Shown here one piece after another: positions 53,695 to 64,000 of a stretch of DNA of 64,000 nt; positions within the stretch are counted from its first letter, which is position 1, and the number at the start of each line of letters is the position of its first letter. Under the pieces are notes generated by a model. It saw only the letters and a program-made list of their open reading frames with translations, was not told the origin of the DNA and searched no databases. A program made the translations under genes and the position numbers. Source of the stretch: Thermobifida alba (GTDB taxonomy: Bacteria > Actinomycetota > Actinomycetes > Streptosporangiales > Streptosporangiaceae); the NCBI RefSeq assembly GCF_023208015.1, contig NZ_CP051627.1, positions 3,452,422-3,516,421 of the forward strand, given 5' to 3'.

Positions 53695-53761
53695 CTGTGC
53701 TCCCGGACGCCGCTGCCGGGCCTCTTCGCTTCCCCTACCCCCGTGGCGCACAATACGGGAT

Positions 53762-54106
53762 GTGATCGAAACCTCCCGCCGCCACTTCGAAGAGCTCGTC
53801 GCGGACGCCCTGGACTCCATTCCACCCGAACTGACGGCCTACATGGACAACGTGGTGATCACCCTGGCCGAGGACCCGCCCACCCCGGGGCTGCTCGGCC
53901 TGTACGAGGGCGTGCCCCTGACCGAGCGGGGCGACAGCTACGGCGGGGTGCTGCCGGACCAGATCCTCATCTACTGGCGGGAGATCCTCGCGATCTGCGA
54001 CACCGCGGAGGACGTCGTGGAGGAGGTGCGGATCACCGTGATCCACGAGATCGCCCACCACTTCGGCATCGACGACGACCGGCTGCACGAACTCGGGTGG
54101 TCCTGA
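53762..54106 (+). CDS. Small zincin-like metallopeptidase-family protein (114 aa, HExxH).
   Basis: GTG start. ...RITVIHEIAHHFGIDDDRLHELGWS* carries the HEIAHH zinc-binding motif. Divergent from the phosphoesterase gene. Confidence 0.7.
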   Translation: MIETSRRHFEELVADALDSIPPELTAYMDNVVITLAEDPPTPGLLGLYEGVPLTERGDSYGGVLPDQILIYWREILAICDTAEDVVEEVRITVIHEIAHHFGIDDDRLHELGWS

Positions 54107-54259
54107 CCGGAGGACCGGGGCGACATTACGGCGGAAAACCTCCGTCTTCGCCGCGCCGACAGCGGAATTCGACCGACAGGACCGCGGAATTCCACTAAAC
54201 CGCTTGCTATTCCCACCCCTCCCAGGGACGCTATGTCATCAGACGACGACATAAAGTGA

Positions 54260-55642
54260 TTGAACGTGAGGGGTCGGCGAAGAGTGCGTGATCCGCGGGC
54301 AGGCGGCTTCGGCCACGGCATTCCACGACAGAGCGACGGGCGGCACGAACGACTGCCCGCCTTCGAGGTTCCCGATCCTCCCACGGCCGCCGAGACCGTC
54401 GAGACCCCCCGCTCCGACTGGCGCAACGGCTACCGCGACGTGCTCCGCCTCGGCGAGTTCCGGGCGCTGTGGCTGGCCCACGCCCTCTCGATGACCGGCA
54501 ACTACCTGCTGAACATCGCCGTCGCGGTACTCGTGTACCAGCGCACCGACTCCGCCCTGGCCGCCGGCCTGACCCTGGCGCTGACCTTCCTGCCGCCGCT
54601 GATCGCGGGGCCGCTGCTGTCGGGACTGGCCGACCTGCTGCCCCGCCGCCGCGTCATGATCGCCAGCGACGTGGTGCGCGCCGCGCTGGTCATGTGCATC
54701 GGCGTCCCCGGACTGCCGCTGGCGGTCATCTGGCTGCTGCTGTTCTGCTCGGTGCTGCCGACCATCCCCTTCGGCGCCGCGCGGGCCGCGCTGCTGACCC
54801 AGATCGCCCAGGGCGAGCGCTTCGTCGCCGGCTCCACCCTCATCAACCTCACCTCCCAGGCGGGGTCCCTGGTGGGGCTGGCCCTAGGGGGCGTGGTGAT
54901 CGCCCTCGTCGACGCGCGTTTCGCCGTGTTCTGCAACGGGCTGGCGTTCCTGGCCTCGGCGGCCATCGTCGCGCTGTGGGTGCGACCGAGGCCCGCTCCC
55001 GCGGCCCGGGAGTCCGAGCGCCCCACCCTGTGGCAGATCACCCGGGAGGGCCCGCGTCTGGTCTTCACCGACCCCCGGCTGCGCACCCTGGCGCTGCTCG
55101 CCTGGCTCGCCGGGTGCTACATCGTCCCCTACGGGGTGGCCACCCCGATGGCCGCCGAGATCGGCGGCGGTCCGGCGACCGCGGGACTGGTCATGGCGGC
55201 CCCGGCGATCGGGGCGGTCCTCGGCGGCCTGCCGCTGACCCGCATGGTTCCGCCCCCGGTGCGCACCCGCCTGCTGGGCCTGCTGGCGGTGGTCGCGTCG
55301 TTCCCGTTGACGGTGTGGGTGCTGGAGCCGCCACTGTGGGCGATGGTGCTGCTCCTGGTGGTCTCCGGAATGGCCGCGTCCTACCAGTTCGTGGCCAACG
55401 CCACCTTCGTGCTGTGCGCGCCCCCGGTGGGCCGTGGCACGGCGTTCGGGCTGGTGGCGGCAGGACTCCAGGTCGCCCAGGGGGTCGGTATCGCGGTGGC
55501 CAGCCTCATGGTGGAGTACGTCGGCACCCACCTCGTGGTCACCGTGGCGGGTGTCGTGGGCACCGCGGGCGCCGCGGCCCTGGCCCTGCCCTGGTCCCGC
55601 CTGTCCGCCGGCGCCGTGAAGATGATGCACGACCCCGAGTGA
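54260..55642 (+). CDS. MFS transporter (12-TMS, EntS/macrolide-efflux-like). Start uncertain (TTG 54260 / GTG 54266 / GTG ~54440).
   Basis: Track ORF. Hydrophobic helices throughout (FRALWLAHALSMTGNYLLNIAVAVLVY...). Upstream 150 bp contains the direct repeat GCGGAATTC x2 (54161-54192) and the palindrome TATGTC-N10-GACATA. Confidence 0.8.
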   Translation: MNVRGRRRVRDPRAGGFGHGIPRQSDGRHERLPAFEVPDPPTAAETVETPRSDWRNGYRDVLRLGEFRALWLAHALSMTGNYLLNIAVAVLVYQRTDSALAAGLTLALTFLPPLIAGPLLSGLADLLPRRRVMIASDVVRAALVMCIGVPGLPLAVIWLLLFCSVLPTIPFGAARAALLTQIAQGERFVAGSTLINLTSQAGSLVGLALGGVVIALVDARFAVFCNGLAFLASAAIVALWVRPRPAPAARESERPTLWQITREGPRLVFTDPRLRTLALLAWLAGCYIVPYGVATPMAAEIGGGPATAGLVMAAPAIGAVLGGLPLTRMVPPPVRTRLLGLLAVVASFPLTVWVLEPPLWAMVLLLVVSGMAASYQFVANATFVLCAPPVGRGTAFGLVAAGLQVAQGVGIAVASLMVEYVGTHLVVTVAGVVGTAGAAALALPWSRLSAGAVKMMHDPE

Positions 55643-55797
55643 TCAGCGGCGGTCGGCCGGCTCCTCCGGCCGGTCCCGTCGGTACGCGCACTCCGACCGC
55701 TCCGGTGCTCCGGTCGTGTCCCCCGGCTCCCCTGCCCGCTGGAAGAGGTCGCGGGGAAGCCGGGAGACCCGTCCGGACAGGGCGCGCAGGGTCCAGT

Positions 55798-56061
55798 TCA
55801 CAGCTTGGACTCCTTGCCCTGGAAGGTGCGGATGATGTGCTCCAGCACCGAGGAGCCCGCCCCCTCCTCCGGAATCACCAGCCAGGCGATGAGGTACACC
55901 AGGACACCGCTGCCGCCCAGCAGGGTGAAGACGGCGAAGGCGAGCCGGACGAGGTTGGCGTCCACGCCGAGGAACTCGCCGATGCCGCCGCACACGCCGG
56001 TGAGGATCCGGTTGCTGTTGCTGCGTCGCAGGGTCTTCTTCTTCGAGAGGTTCTCGTTCAT
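55798..56061 (-). CDS. PspC-domain protein (87 aa).
   Basis: ATG at 56059-56061. MNENLSKKKTLRRSNSNRILTGVCGGIGEFLGVDANLVRLAFAVFTLLGGSGVLVYLIAWLVIPEE matches the PspC N-terminal domain. Confidence 0.8.
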   Translation of the reverse strand: MNENLSKKKTLRRSNSNRILTGVCGGIGEFLGVDANLVRLAFAVFTLLGGSGVLVYLIAWLVIPEEGAGSSVLEHIIRTFQGKESKL

Positions 56062-56149
56062 ACTTCGAGCGTGCCCGCTACAGGCGGGTTTTCCCATCGG
56101 GAAGCACCCTGGAGCGTCCCTGAACCGACCCTGACGGGGGCCGGGAACG

Positions 56150-56812
56150 TCAGGCCAGCCCTCCGGAGACCCCGATCCGCTGCCCGGTGACCCACCGCGC
56201 GTCGTCCCCGGCGAGGAACGCCACGACGTCGGCGATGTCCTCCGGACGCCCCATGCGGCCCAGCGGGGTCATGGCGATCACCTCCTCCGCGTTGGCGCGG
56301 ATGTCCGGCCGCACCCCCTCGGTGTCGGTGAGCCCCGGCAGCACCGAGTTGACGGTGATCTGGCGCGGTCCCAGCTCCTTGGCCAGGGCCAGCCCCATCT
56401 GCTCGGCGAACGCCTTGGTGCCCGCGTAGACGCCGGTGGCGGGGAGGGTGGCCCGGGTGTTGCCGCTGGAGACGATGATGATGCGGCCGCCGTCGCGAAC
56501 CGTGGCCGCGGCCTGCCGCAGCACCAGGAACATCCCCTTGACGTTGACCGCGATCACCCGGTCGAACTCGGCCTCGTCGAGGTCGGCGGTGGCGCCGACG
56601 ATGTTGTGGCCCGCGTTGCCGACCACCACGTCGACGCCGCCGAACGCTTCCCGGGCCGCGGCGAACAGGCGCGCCACGTCCTCCCGGACCGCCACGTCCG
56701 CCCGGACCGCCACGGCGTTCCCGCCCCTGTCGGTGATCCGCCGGACCGTTTCGGCGGCGGCTTCGGCGTCGCGGTGCCAGTTGACGACGACGTCGGCTCC
56801 CTCCTCCGCCAA
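56150..56812 (-). pseudogene. Short-chain dehydrogenase/reductase (SDR) lacking its N-terminal start and dinucleotide-binding loop. Apparent 5' truncation.
   Basis: Frame encodes (W-A-T-P-R-R-P-P-A-)SRGIGRAIAIRLAEEGADVVVNWHRD...NAG...YAGTKAF...PG. It is preceded in frame by TGA with no ATG/GTG/TTG before the TTG at 56812, and the T-G-x3-G-x-G residues before SRGIG are absent. Confidence 0.6.
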
Positions 56813-56827
56813 CCGGATCGCGATCGC

Positions 56828-57638
56828 GCGGCCGATTCCCCGCGACGCGGGGGGCCGCCGCGGCGTCGCCCATCAGGCGGCGCAGCAGCCGCACCCCCTG
56901 CGCCACGGGGAGCCGGTCCAGCGGGTACCGCCGCACGGTGTAGCCGGTGCTGTCGGCGAACGAGTTCCGGCTGGTGATGAGGACCGCGCAGCCCGCCCCC
57001 TTGGGGAGCAGCGGCTCCACCTGGGCGAAGTCCTTGGCGTTGTCCAGCACGAGCAGCAGGCGGTGGTTCCGGGTGAGGGTGCGCCACTGCCCCCGCAGCT
57101 CGTCCAGCGGCAGGTCGGGGTGGGGCGGGGCGCCGATCTGGGCGAGCAGCTGCGCGAGGACCCGCTCGGGCCGTCGGGGGGTGTGCCGTGCCGGTGCCAG
57201 CCCCCGGTACCTCTGGTCGCGCGGTTCGGCCGGTTCGCCGTAGAGCTGGAACTCCAGCTTGCCGTCGGGGAACCGGTCCTCGATCCGGCTGATCACCTGG
57301 TTGACCAGCTCGGTCTTGCCCGTTCCGCCCTCTCCGGTGACCACGACGACCAGGGGGGAGGCGGCGGTGCGCGTGAAACGGGAGCGGACCCTGGTCCGCC
57401 AGCGCGCACGTCCGCGGGGGAAGCGGCGGAACAGCCGCACGATCTCGTCGAGGGTCTCGGTGTGGCCGGTGAAGTGCTCGCTGGGCGGCGGCAGTTCCTC
57501 ACGGAGCACGCGGCCGGGGACGCGGTGCGGCGACCGGGTCCCGGGCCGGGACTCCCCGCCGTCGTCCCGGAGGGACAGCACGAGGTCGAAGACGACCGTG
57601 AGCACCGCGCCGGCCGCGAGGACGAGCACGCTCCACAT
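56828..57638 (-). pseudogene. N-terminal fragment of an NB-ARC/STAND-type P-loop NTPase with N-terminal TM helix. The reading frame runs on out-of-frame into the SDR remnant.
   Basis: ATG at 57636-57638. MWSVLVLAAGAVLTVVFDLVLSL (TM). Walker A VVVTGEGGTGKTELV, Walker B LLLVLDNAKD, GCAVLITSRN (RNBS-B-like). After ...RLLRRLMGDAAAAP the translation becomes R/G-rich nonsense to 56058. Confidence 0.55.
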
Positions 57639-58024
57639 CCAGTTGTCGCCGGGGAGCTGATCCCCCAGTTCCGTGAGGAGGGTTCCGGCGATGCCGAGCG
57701 CGCTCAGGAGGGGCAGGGAGCTCCAGCGCCGCCTCCGGCCGTGCCCGGGGGCGGCGGGGAGGCCCGGAGCGGGGCTGTCCGCGGTGGGCGAGGGGGATCG
57801 TTCACCGACAATCAGGGTTCCTGTGTCGCCGGGGCACTGCTGCTTCGGTGGCCGGTTGCCGACGGGGCCTCCCAGTGTTCGCAGAAACCTCCGCAGCGTC
57901 CACAGTCGGTCACCGCACCCAGGAGGAATTCACGGATTCTTCACCGGAGCGCCACGCCCCGATCCCACGACGACGGGGCGCGCCGGCCCCTGCCCGGCAC
58001 GCCCCGTCCGACCGTCAGCTCAGA

Positions 58025-59995
<1,971 letters not shown>

Positions 59996-60208
59996 GTCAA
60001 CTCCTGACCGGTGTGATGCACGCTACTGTCCCCCACCGTAGGGCGTGAGGTGTTTCATAGGAAACAGGTGGTGCGGCGAAGTGCGGGTTTCTCGCGACGG
60101 AAAGTCGTTGAAACGGGACGAACGGTCGGTGAAGACTCCCCCTGCGGCCGGTCACAAACTAGTATTTACCTTGACATATCCGTCTCACGGGAGTCGCCGG
60201 TCATATCG

Positions 60209-61303
60209 ATGCTGAGGCCGTCCCAAGAACCGTCGGCCGGTCCACCGTCCCGCCGGGAGCCGTCCAGGCCGTGGCGGACCCGAGCACGCCACGACCCCCT
60301 GCACACGCTGCGCACCGCACGCGCCGTCGTGGCCGACCTCAAGGACGGGCTCTCGGGGCCGGGCGCCCGCCGGGCCGCGCGGCGGCTGCGGCGGCTGCTG
60401 AACGTCACCGGCCTGGGCCTGGCCGACCTGTCCGGCACCCTGGTGTGGTCGGGGCGCACCGCCGACCCCGACGCCGTCTCCGCACTGGTCGACCAGGTGC
60501 TGCACGGCGAGACCGCCAAGGACCGCCCGCCCCTGGTGGCGGTCCCGGTGTACGCGGGCGACGGACTCGCCGGGGCGCTGGTGGTCGTCGGCCAGGTGCG
60601 CCGCTCCGCGGTGCGCGAGGCCGCCGCCTGGGTCGCCGACGCGGTGGAGCGCGGCCGCATGGAAGCCTCCGTGGACCGCGCCGAACAGGCCGAGCTGCGG
60701 GCGCTGCGCGCCGAGATCTCCCCGCACTTCGTCTACAACGCGCTCACCGTGATCTCCTCGCTGATGCGGTCCGACCCGGACCAGGCCAGCGAGCTGATGC
60801 TCGACTTCGCCGACTACACCCGCTACAGCCTCGCCCAGCGCGGCGACTACACGACGCTGTCCGACGAGTTCCACGCCATCGAGACCTACCTCGCCCTGCA
60901 GCGGGCGGTGCTGGGCGACCGGCTCCGCGTCCAGGTCCGGGTCGCCCCCGAGGTCCTCGGGGTGGCCGTGCCCTACCTGGTGCTGCAGCCGCTGGTGGAG
61001 AACGCCGTCCGGCACGGCATCGAACCGCGGGCGGGCGCCGGGCTGATCCAGGTCACCGGAGAGGCCGAGGGCAACGACTGCGTGATCAGCGTGGAGGACG
61101 ACGGCGTGGGCATGGACCCCGAGCACGCCCGGGCCATCCTGGCGGGCCGGGGCGGCTCCGACAGCGTGGGGCTGGCGAACGTGGACCGTCGACTGCGTCA
61201 CGTCTACGGTCCCTGGTACGGACTTGTCGTGGAGACCGCGGTGGACGCGGGCACCCGAGTGGTCGTGCGCGTCCCCAGATTCCAGCCAGGAGTGATGCCG
61301 TGA
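60209..61303 (+). CDS. Cytoplasmic LytS/YehU-family sensor histidine kinase (GAF-like N-terminal domain + His_kinase/HATPase_c). No TM segments.
   Basis: ATG at 60209 (MLRPSQEPSAG...) in frame with track ORF 60050..61303. LytS-type phosphoacceptor region LRALRAEISPHFVYNALTVISSLMRSDPDQASELMLDFADYTRYSL. HATPase_c (VENAVRHG..., GVGM). Confidence 0.85.
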   Translation: MLRPSQEPSAGPPSRREPSRPWRTRARHDPLHTLRTARAVVADLKDGLSGPGARRAARRLRRLLNVTGLGLADLSGTLVWSGRTADPDAVSALVDQVLHGETAKDRPPLVAVPVYAGDGLAGALVVVGQVRRSAVREAAAWVADAVERGRMEASVDRAEQAELRALRAEISPHFVYNALTVISSLMRSDPDQASELMLDFADYTRYSLAQRGDYTTLSDEFHAIETYLALQRAVLGDRLRVQVRVAPEVLGVAVPYLVLQPLVENAVRHGIEPRAGAGLIQVTGEAEGNDCVISVEDDGVGMDPEHARAILAGRGGSDSVGLANVDRRLRHVYGPWYGLVVETAVDAGTRVVVRVPRFQPGVMP

Positions 61304-62097
61304 TGCTGCCCTCCCCCAACGGCCTACGTGTGCTTGCGGTCGACGACGTCCCCTTGGCGCTGGCCGAACTGTGCCGCCTGCTGCGCGCGGCGCCGGAGGT
61401 CGGTGAGGTGGTCGCCGCCGACGACCCGATCAGCGCGCTCCGGAGCATCCAGGGCGACCGGTTCGACGCGGTGTTCCTGGACATCTCCATGCCCGGACTC
61501 GACGGAGTGGAGCTCGCCTCGCTGCTGGCCAAGCTCAGCGAGCCGCCGGTGATCGTGTTCGTGACCGCGCACGAGGAGCACGCGGTCACCGCCTACGGCA
61601 TCGGCGCGGTGGACTACCTGCTCAAACCGGTGCGGGCGGAACGGCTGGCCACGGCGTTGACGAAGGTGGTGCGCATGGCCTCGGCCGGCGGCTCCCCGGC
61701 GTCCCCGAGCCCCGTGCGGCGGCCGGACGCGATGGCGGTGCTGCCGGTGGAGACGGCGGGACGCACCCGCTACGTGCGCCGCAGCGACGTGCGGTTCGTC
61801 GAGGCCAACGGCGACTACGTGCGCCTGCACACGCCCGACGGCGTCCACCTGGTGCGGATGCCGATCTCCCGGTTGGAGGAGTACTGGTCGGACTCGGGTT
61901 TCCTGCGGGTGCACCGCGGCTACTTGGTGGCGCTGGGCGCGATCCGGGAACTGCGCAGCGACTCCGCGGGCGGCCTGCTGGCCCACACCGACCTGGGAGA
62001 CGTCCCGGTGAGCCGCCGCCACGCCCGCGAACTGCGGGAGCAGCTGCTCCGCGCGGCCCAGACCGGCATGTTCGACGGCTCCGAGCGGGGGGCGTGA
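61303..62097 (+). CDS. LytTR/AlgR-family response regulator (REC + LytTR DNA-binding domain). Start overlaps the HK stop (GTGATG).
   Basis: MLPSPNGLRVLAVDDVPLAL...FDAVFLDISMPGLDGVEL (REC). C-terminal LytTR (YVRRSDVRFVEANGDYVRLHTPDGVHLVRMPISRLEE). Confidence 0.9.
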   Translation: MLPSPNGLRVLAVDDVPLALAELCRLLRAAPEVGEVVAADDPISALRSIQGDRFDAVFLDISMPGLDGVELASLLAKLSEPPVIVFVTAHEEHAVTAYGIGAVDYLLKPVRAERLATALTKVVRMASAGGSPASPSPVRRPDAMAVLPVETAGRTRYVRRSDVRFVEANGDYVRLHTPDGVHLVRMPISRLEEYWSDSGFLRVHRGYLVALGAIRELRSDSAGGLLAHTDLGDVPVSRRHARELREQLLRAAQTGMFDGSERGA

Positions 62098-62447
62098 TGC
62101 CGCACCGACCCAAGCGGGTGGCGGTGACGAGCCCGCAGACCCGGCTCGCGCACCTGCGCGGCAGGGCGCGCGGCCGGTGGCGGGTGCCGAGGCTGGACCC
62201 CGACGACGCCGAACGCGCGGCCGTGCTCTACCGGAAGCAGCGCGGGCAGGGCCTGCTCGCCCTGGTGGCGGGCATGGCGGCGCTGGCGGGACTGCCGCTG
62301 GTCTTCGCCGCCTGGCCGGCGCTGGACGAGGTCCGGCTGTGGAGCATCCCGCTGTCCTGGCTGATGCTGGCGGTGCTGCCCTACCCGACCCTGGCCGCGT
62401 TGGCCTTCTGGCAGCTGCACCGGGCCGAACGGATCGAGCGGCGCTGA
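62097..62447 (+). CDS. DUF485 (YjcH-like) small inner-membrane protein. Start overlaps the RR stop.
   Basis: MPHRPKRVAV...GLLALVAGMAALAGLPLVFAAWPALDEVRLWSIPLSWLMLAVLPYPTLAALAFWQLH. Two TM helices. Sits immediately before an SSS-family acetate permease, as in acs-yjcH-actP loci. Confidence 0.75.
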   Translation: MPHRPKRVAVTSPQTRLAHLRGRARGRWRVPRLDPDDAERAAVLYRKQRGQGLLALVAGMAALAGLPLVFAAWPALDEVRLWSIPLSWLMLAVLPYPTLAALAFWQLHRAERIERR

Positions 62448-64000
62448 TGGCGGCCCTGGTCTCGGTCGCCGCCGTCATGGTGGTGACCCTGCTGATCGGG
62501 CTGCACGGGGTGGCCGCCATGCGCACCACCTCGGACTTCCTGGTGGCCTCGCGCCGGGTCTCGCCGCTGCTGAACTCCGCGGCGGTGTCGGGGGAGTACC
62601 TGTCGGCGGCGTCGTTCCTGGGCGTGGCGGGCCTGGTGGTCCGCGACGGCATCGGCGCACTGTGGTACCCGGTGGGGTTCACCGCGGGGTACATCGCGAT
62701 GCTCATCCTGGTCGCCGCGCCGATGCGCCGCTCGGGGGCGCTGACCGTGCCGGACTTCGCCGAGGCCCGGCTGGCCTCCCCGGGGCTGCGCCGCCTCAGC
62801 GCGGCGGTGGTGCTGGTCATCGGGGCGCTCTACCTGGTGCCGCAGCTGCGCACCGCCGGGCTGGTGCTCAGCACGGTCAGCGACCTGCCCTACTGGGTGG
62901 GCGTGGTCATCGCGGGCGTGGTGGTGAGCGCGACGCTGGCGCTCGGCGGCATGCGCGCCGCCACCTACGTGCAGGCGTTCCAGTTCCTGGTGAAACTGCT
63001 GCTGTTCATCGTGCCCGCGGTGTGGCTGGTCGTGGTGGTGGGGCCGCAGGTGCGGCACGCGGCCGTGCACCCGGTGGAGTTCACCCGCTTCCCGGCGGAG
63101 ACCGCCGTGGAGTTCCAGGTGGGCGTCACGTTGACGCTGTCCGAGGAGGTGACGGTGCGCTCCCCCGACGGGACCGAGGCGGTGCTCGGTCCGGGCGAGG
63201 TGCCCGTGGCCGCGGAGCAGACCCTGGTGTTCCCGGAGGGGGCGCCCGTGCCCGAGGTGGCCGGCGGCGGCGTCCCGGGCGGCGAGCGGTGGCACCGCCC
63301 GCTGCTCAACCTGAGCGACTACGGGTACCCGCTGCTGGCGACCCTGGCGGTGCTGACCGCCACCGCGCTGGGCACGATGGGGCTGCCGCACGTCCTCATG
63401 CGGTTCCACACCAGCCCCGACGGGCGTTCGGCGCGGCGCACCGCCGCGTTCACGGTGGCGCTGCTGGGGGTCTTCTACCTGTTCCCCGGCGTCTACGGGG
63501 CCCTGGGCCGGGTGCTGGTGCCGGAACTGTACCTGTCGGGGGTCACCGACACCGTGGTGGTGGCGCTGCCGTCCCAGGTGTCGGGCGACTGGGTGGGCGT
63601 GTTGATGACCACGCTGCTGGCGGTGGGCGCGTTCGCGGCGTTCCTGGCGACCTCGGTGGGGCTGCTGCTGGTCATCTCCGGGGCCATCTCCTACGACCTG
63701 CTGCCCGGGGGGCTGCGCCGGCTGCGCATCACGGTGCTGCTGGCGGCGGCCGCGCTGGTGCTGCTGGCGCTGCCGTCCGCGCCGCTGGCCGCGGGCATGC
63801 TGGTGACCTGGGGGTTCACGGTGGCCGCGTCGACGTTCTGCCCGCTGCTGGTGCTGGGCATCTGGTGGCCGCGGTTGACCAAGGCGGGGGCGGTCAGCGG
63901 GGTGCTGGTGGGGCTGTCGAGTACGCTGGGCGCGATCGCGGCAGCGCTGTTCGGCCCCCCGCTGGAGGGCTGGCAGGCGATCCTCATCACCCAGCCGGCG
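62447..64000 (+). CDS. actP: Cation/acetate symporter ActP-like (sodium:solute symporter family), 3'-partial at the window end. Start overlaps the DUF485 stop (TGATG).
   Basis: Read from the sequence: MAALVSVAAVMVVTLLIGLHGVAAMRTTSDFLVASRRVSPLLNSAAVSGEYLSAASFLGVAGLVVRDGIGALWYPVGFTAGY... Absent from the ORF track because it has no in-window stop. Confidence 0.8.
   Translation, partial: MAALVSVAAVMVVTLLIGLHGVAAMRTTSDFLVASRRVSPLLNSAAVSGEYLSAASFLGVAGLVVRDGIGALWYPVGFTAGYIAMLILVAAPMRRSGALTVPDFAEARLASPGLRRLSAAVVLVIGALYLVPQLRTAGLVLSTVSDLPYWVGVVIAGVVVSATLALGGMRAATYVQAFQFLVKLLLFIVPAVWLVVVVGPQVRHAAVHPVEFTRFPAETAVEFQVGVTLTLSEEVTVRSPDGTEAVLGPGEVPVAAEQTLVFPEGAPVPEVAGGGVPGGERWHRPLLNLSDYGYPLLATLAVLTATALGTMGLPHVLMRFHTSPDGRSARRTAAFTVALLGVFYLFPGVYGALGRVLVPELYLSGVTDTVVVALPSQVSGDWVGVLMTTLLAVGAFAAFLATSVGLLLVISGAISYDLLPGGLRRLRITVLLAAAALVLLALPSAPLAAGMLVTWGFTVAASTFCPLLVLGIWWPRLTKAGAVSGVLVGLSSTLGAIAAALFGPPLEGWQAILITQPA

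Overview
High-GC actinobacterial (Streptomyces-like) chromosomal window with few low-GC islands. Several long '+' strand ORFs in the track are antisense shadows of real minus-strand genes; ORFs running off the window edge are absent from the track. I found them by reading the sequence.

Content from start to end:

- 1..19.5 kb: a minus-strand non-ribosomal peptide operon. A β-lactamase/PBP-fold serine hydrolase (SurE-like, candidate trans-acting offloading cyclase) precedes a 4627-aa four-module NRPS (A-T / C-A-T-E / C-A-T-E / C-A-T). A second NRPS follows (C-A-T-C..., truncated at position 1). The NRPS genes carry kilobase-scale near-identical internal direct repeats (T-E-C blocks, A-domain segments).
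- 19.5–30 kb: a ~1.1 kb non-coding leader with an AT-rich 19-bp perfect palindrome. Then a LutC-like gene with a homopolymer frameshift, LysR, DJ-1/PfpI, WYL-domain and TetR regulators, a PCMH-type FAD-binding oxidoreductase, and two tandem paralogous DHA2-family MFS exporters. Each exporter is preceded by the same 22-26 bp operator-like palindrome.
- 30.2–38.0 kb: a three-gene operon of NfeD/YqiJ-like OB-fold membrane protein, flotillin/SPFH protein (697 aa), and a 1657-aa protein whose only recognisable domain is a C-terminal MoxR/AAA_5-type ATPase. I consider this the best candidate for an undescribed system.
- 38–44 kb: an FAD-dependent monooxygenase, a fused GlcD/GlcF-like FAD/Fe-S oxidase, and a Trp-rich acidic hypothetical protein.
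- 44.2–44.8 kb: a hairpin- and repeat-rich non-coding region with a near-consensus sigma70-type promoter.
- 44.7–50 kb: a Hanks-type Ser/Thr kinase, a zinc-ribbon protein plus a Zn-ribbon/P-loop kinase-like protein, and a CopA P-type ATPase. A small membrane ORF is translationally coupled to copA, and a CsoR-type operator-like inverted repeat lies upstream.
- 50–52 kb: a glycine-zipper / DivIVA-domain-repeat / glycine-zipper mini-operon, then a tRNA-Glu/Asp/Phe cluster.
- 52–58 kb: a metallophosphoesterase, a zincin-like protein, an MFS transporter, a PspC-domain protein, and a deletion scar joining a truncated NB-ARC/STAND NTPase to an N-truncated SDR.
- 58–64 kb: acs (acetyl-CoA synthetase), then divergently a cytoplasmic LytS-family histidine kinase + LytTR response regulator overlapping a DUF485 (YjcH-like) protein and an ActP-type acetate symporter (partial at the window end).
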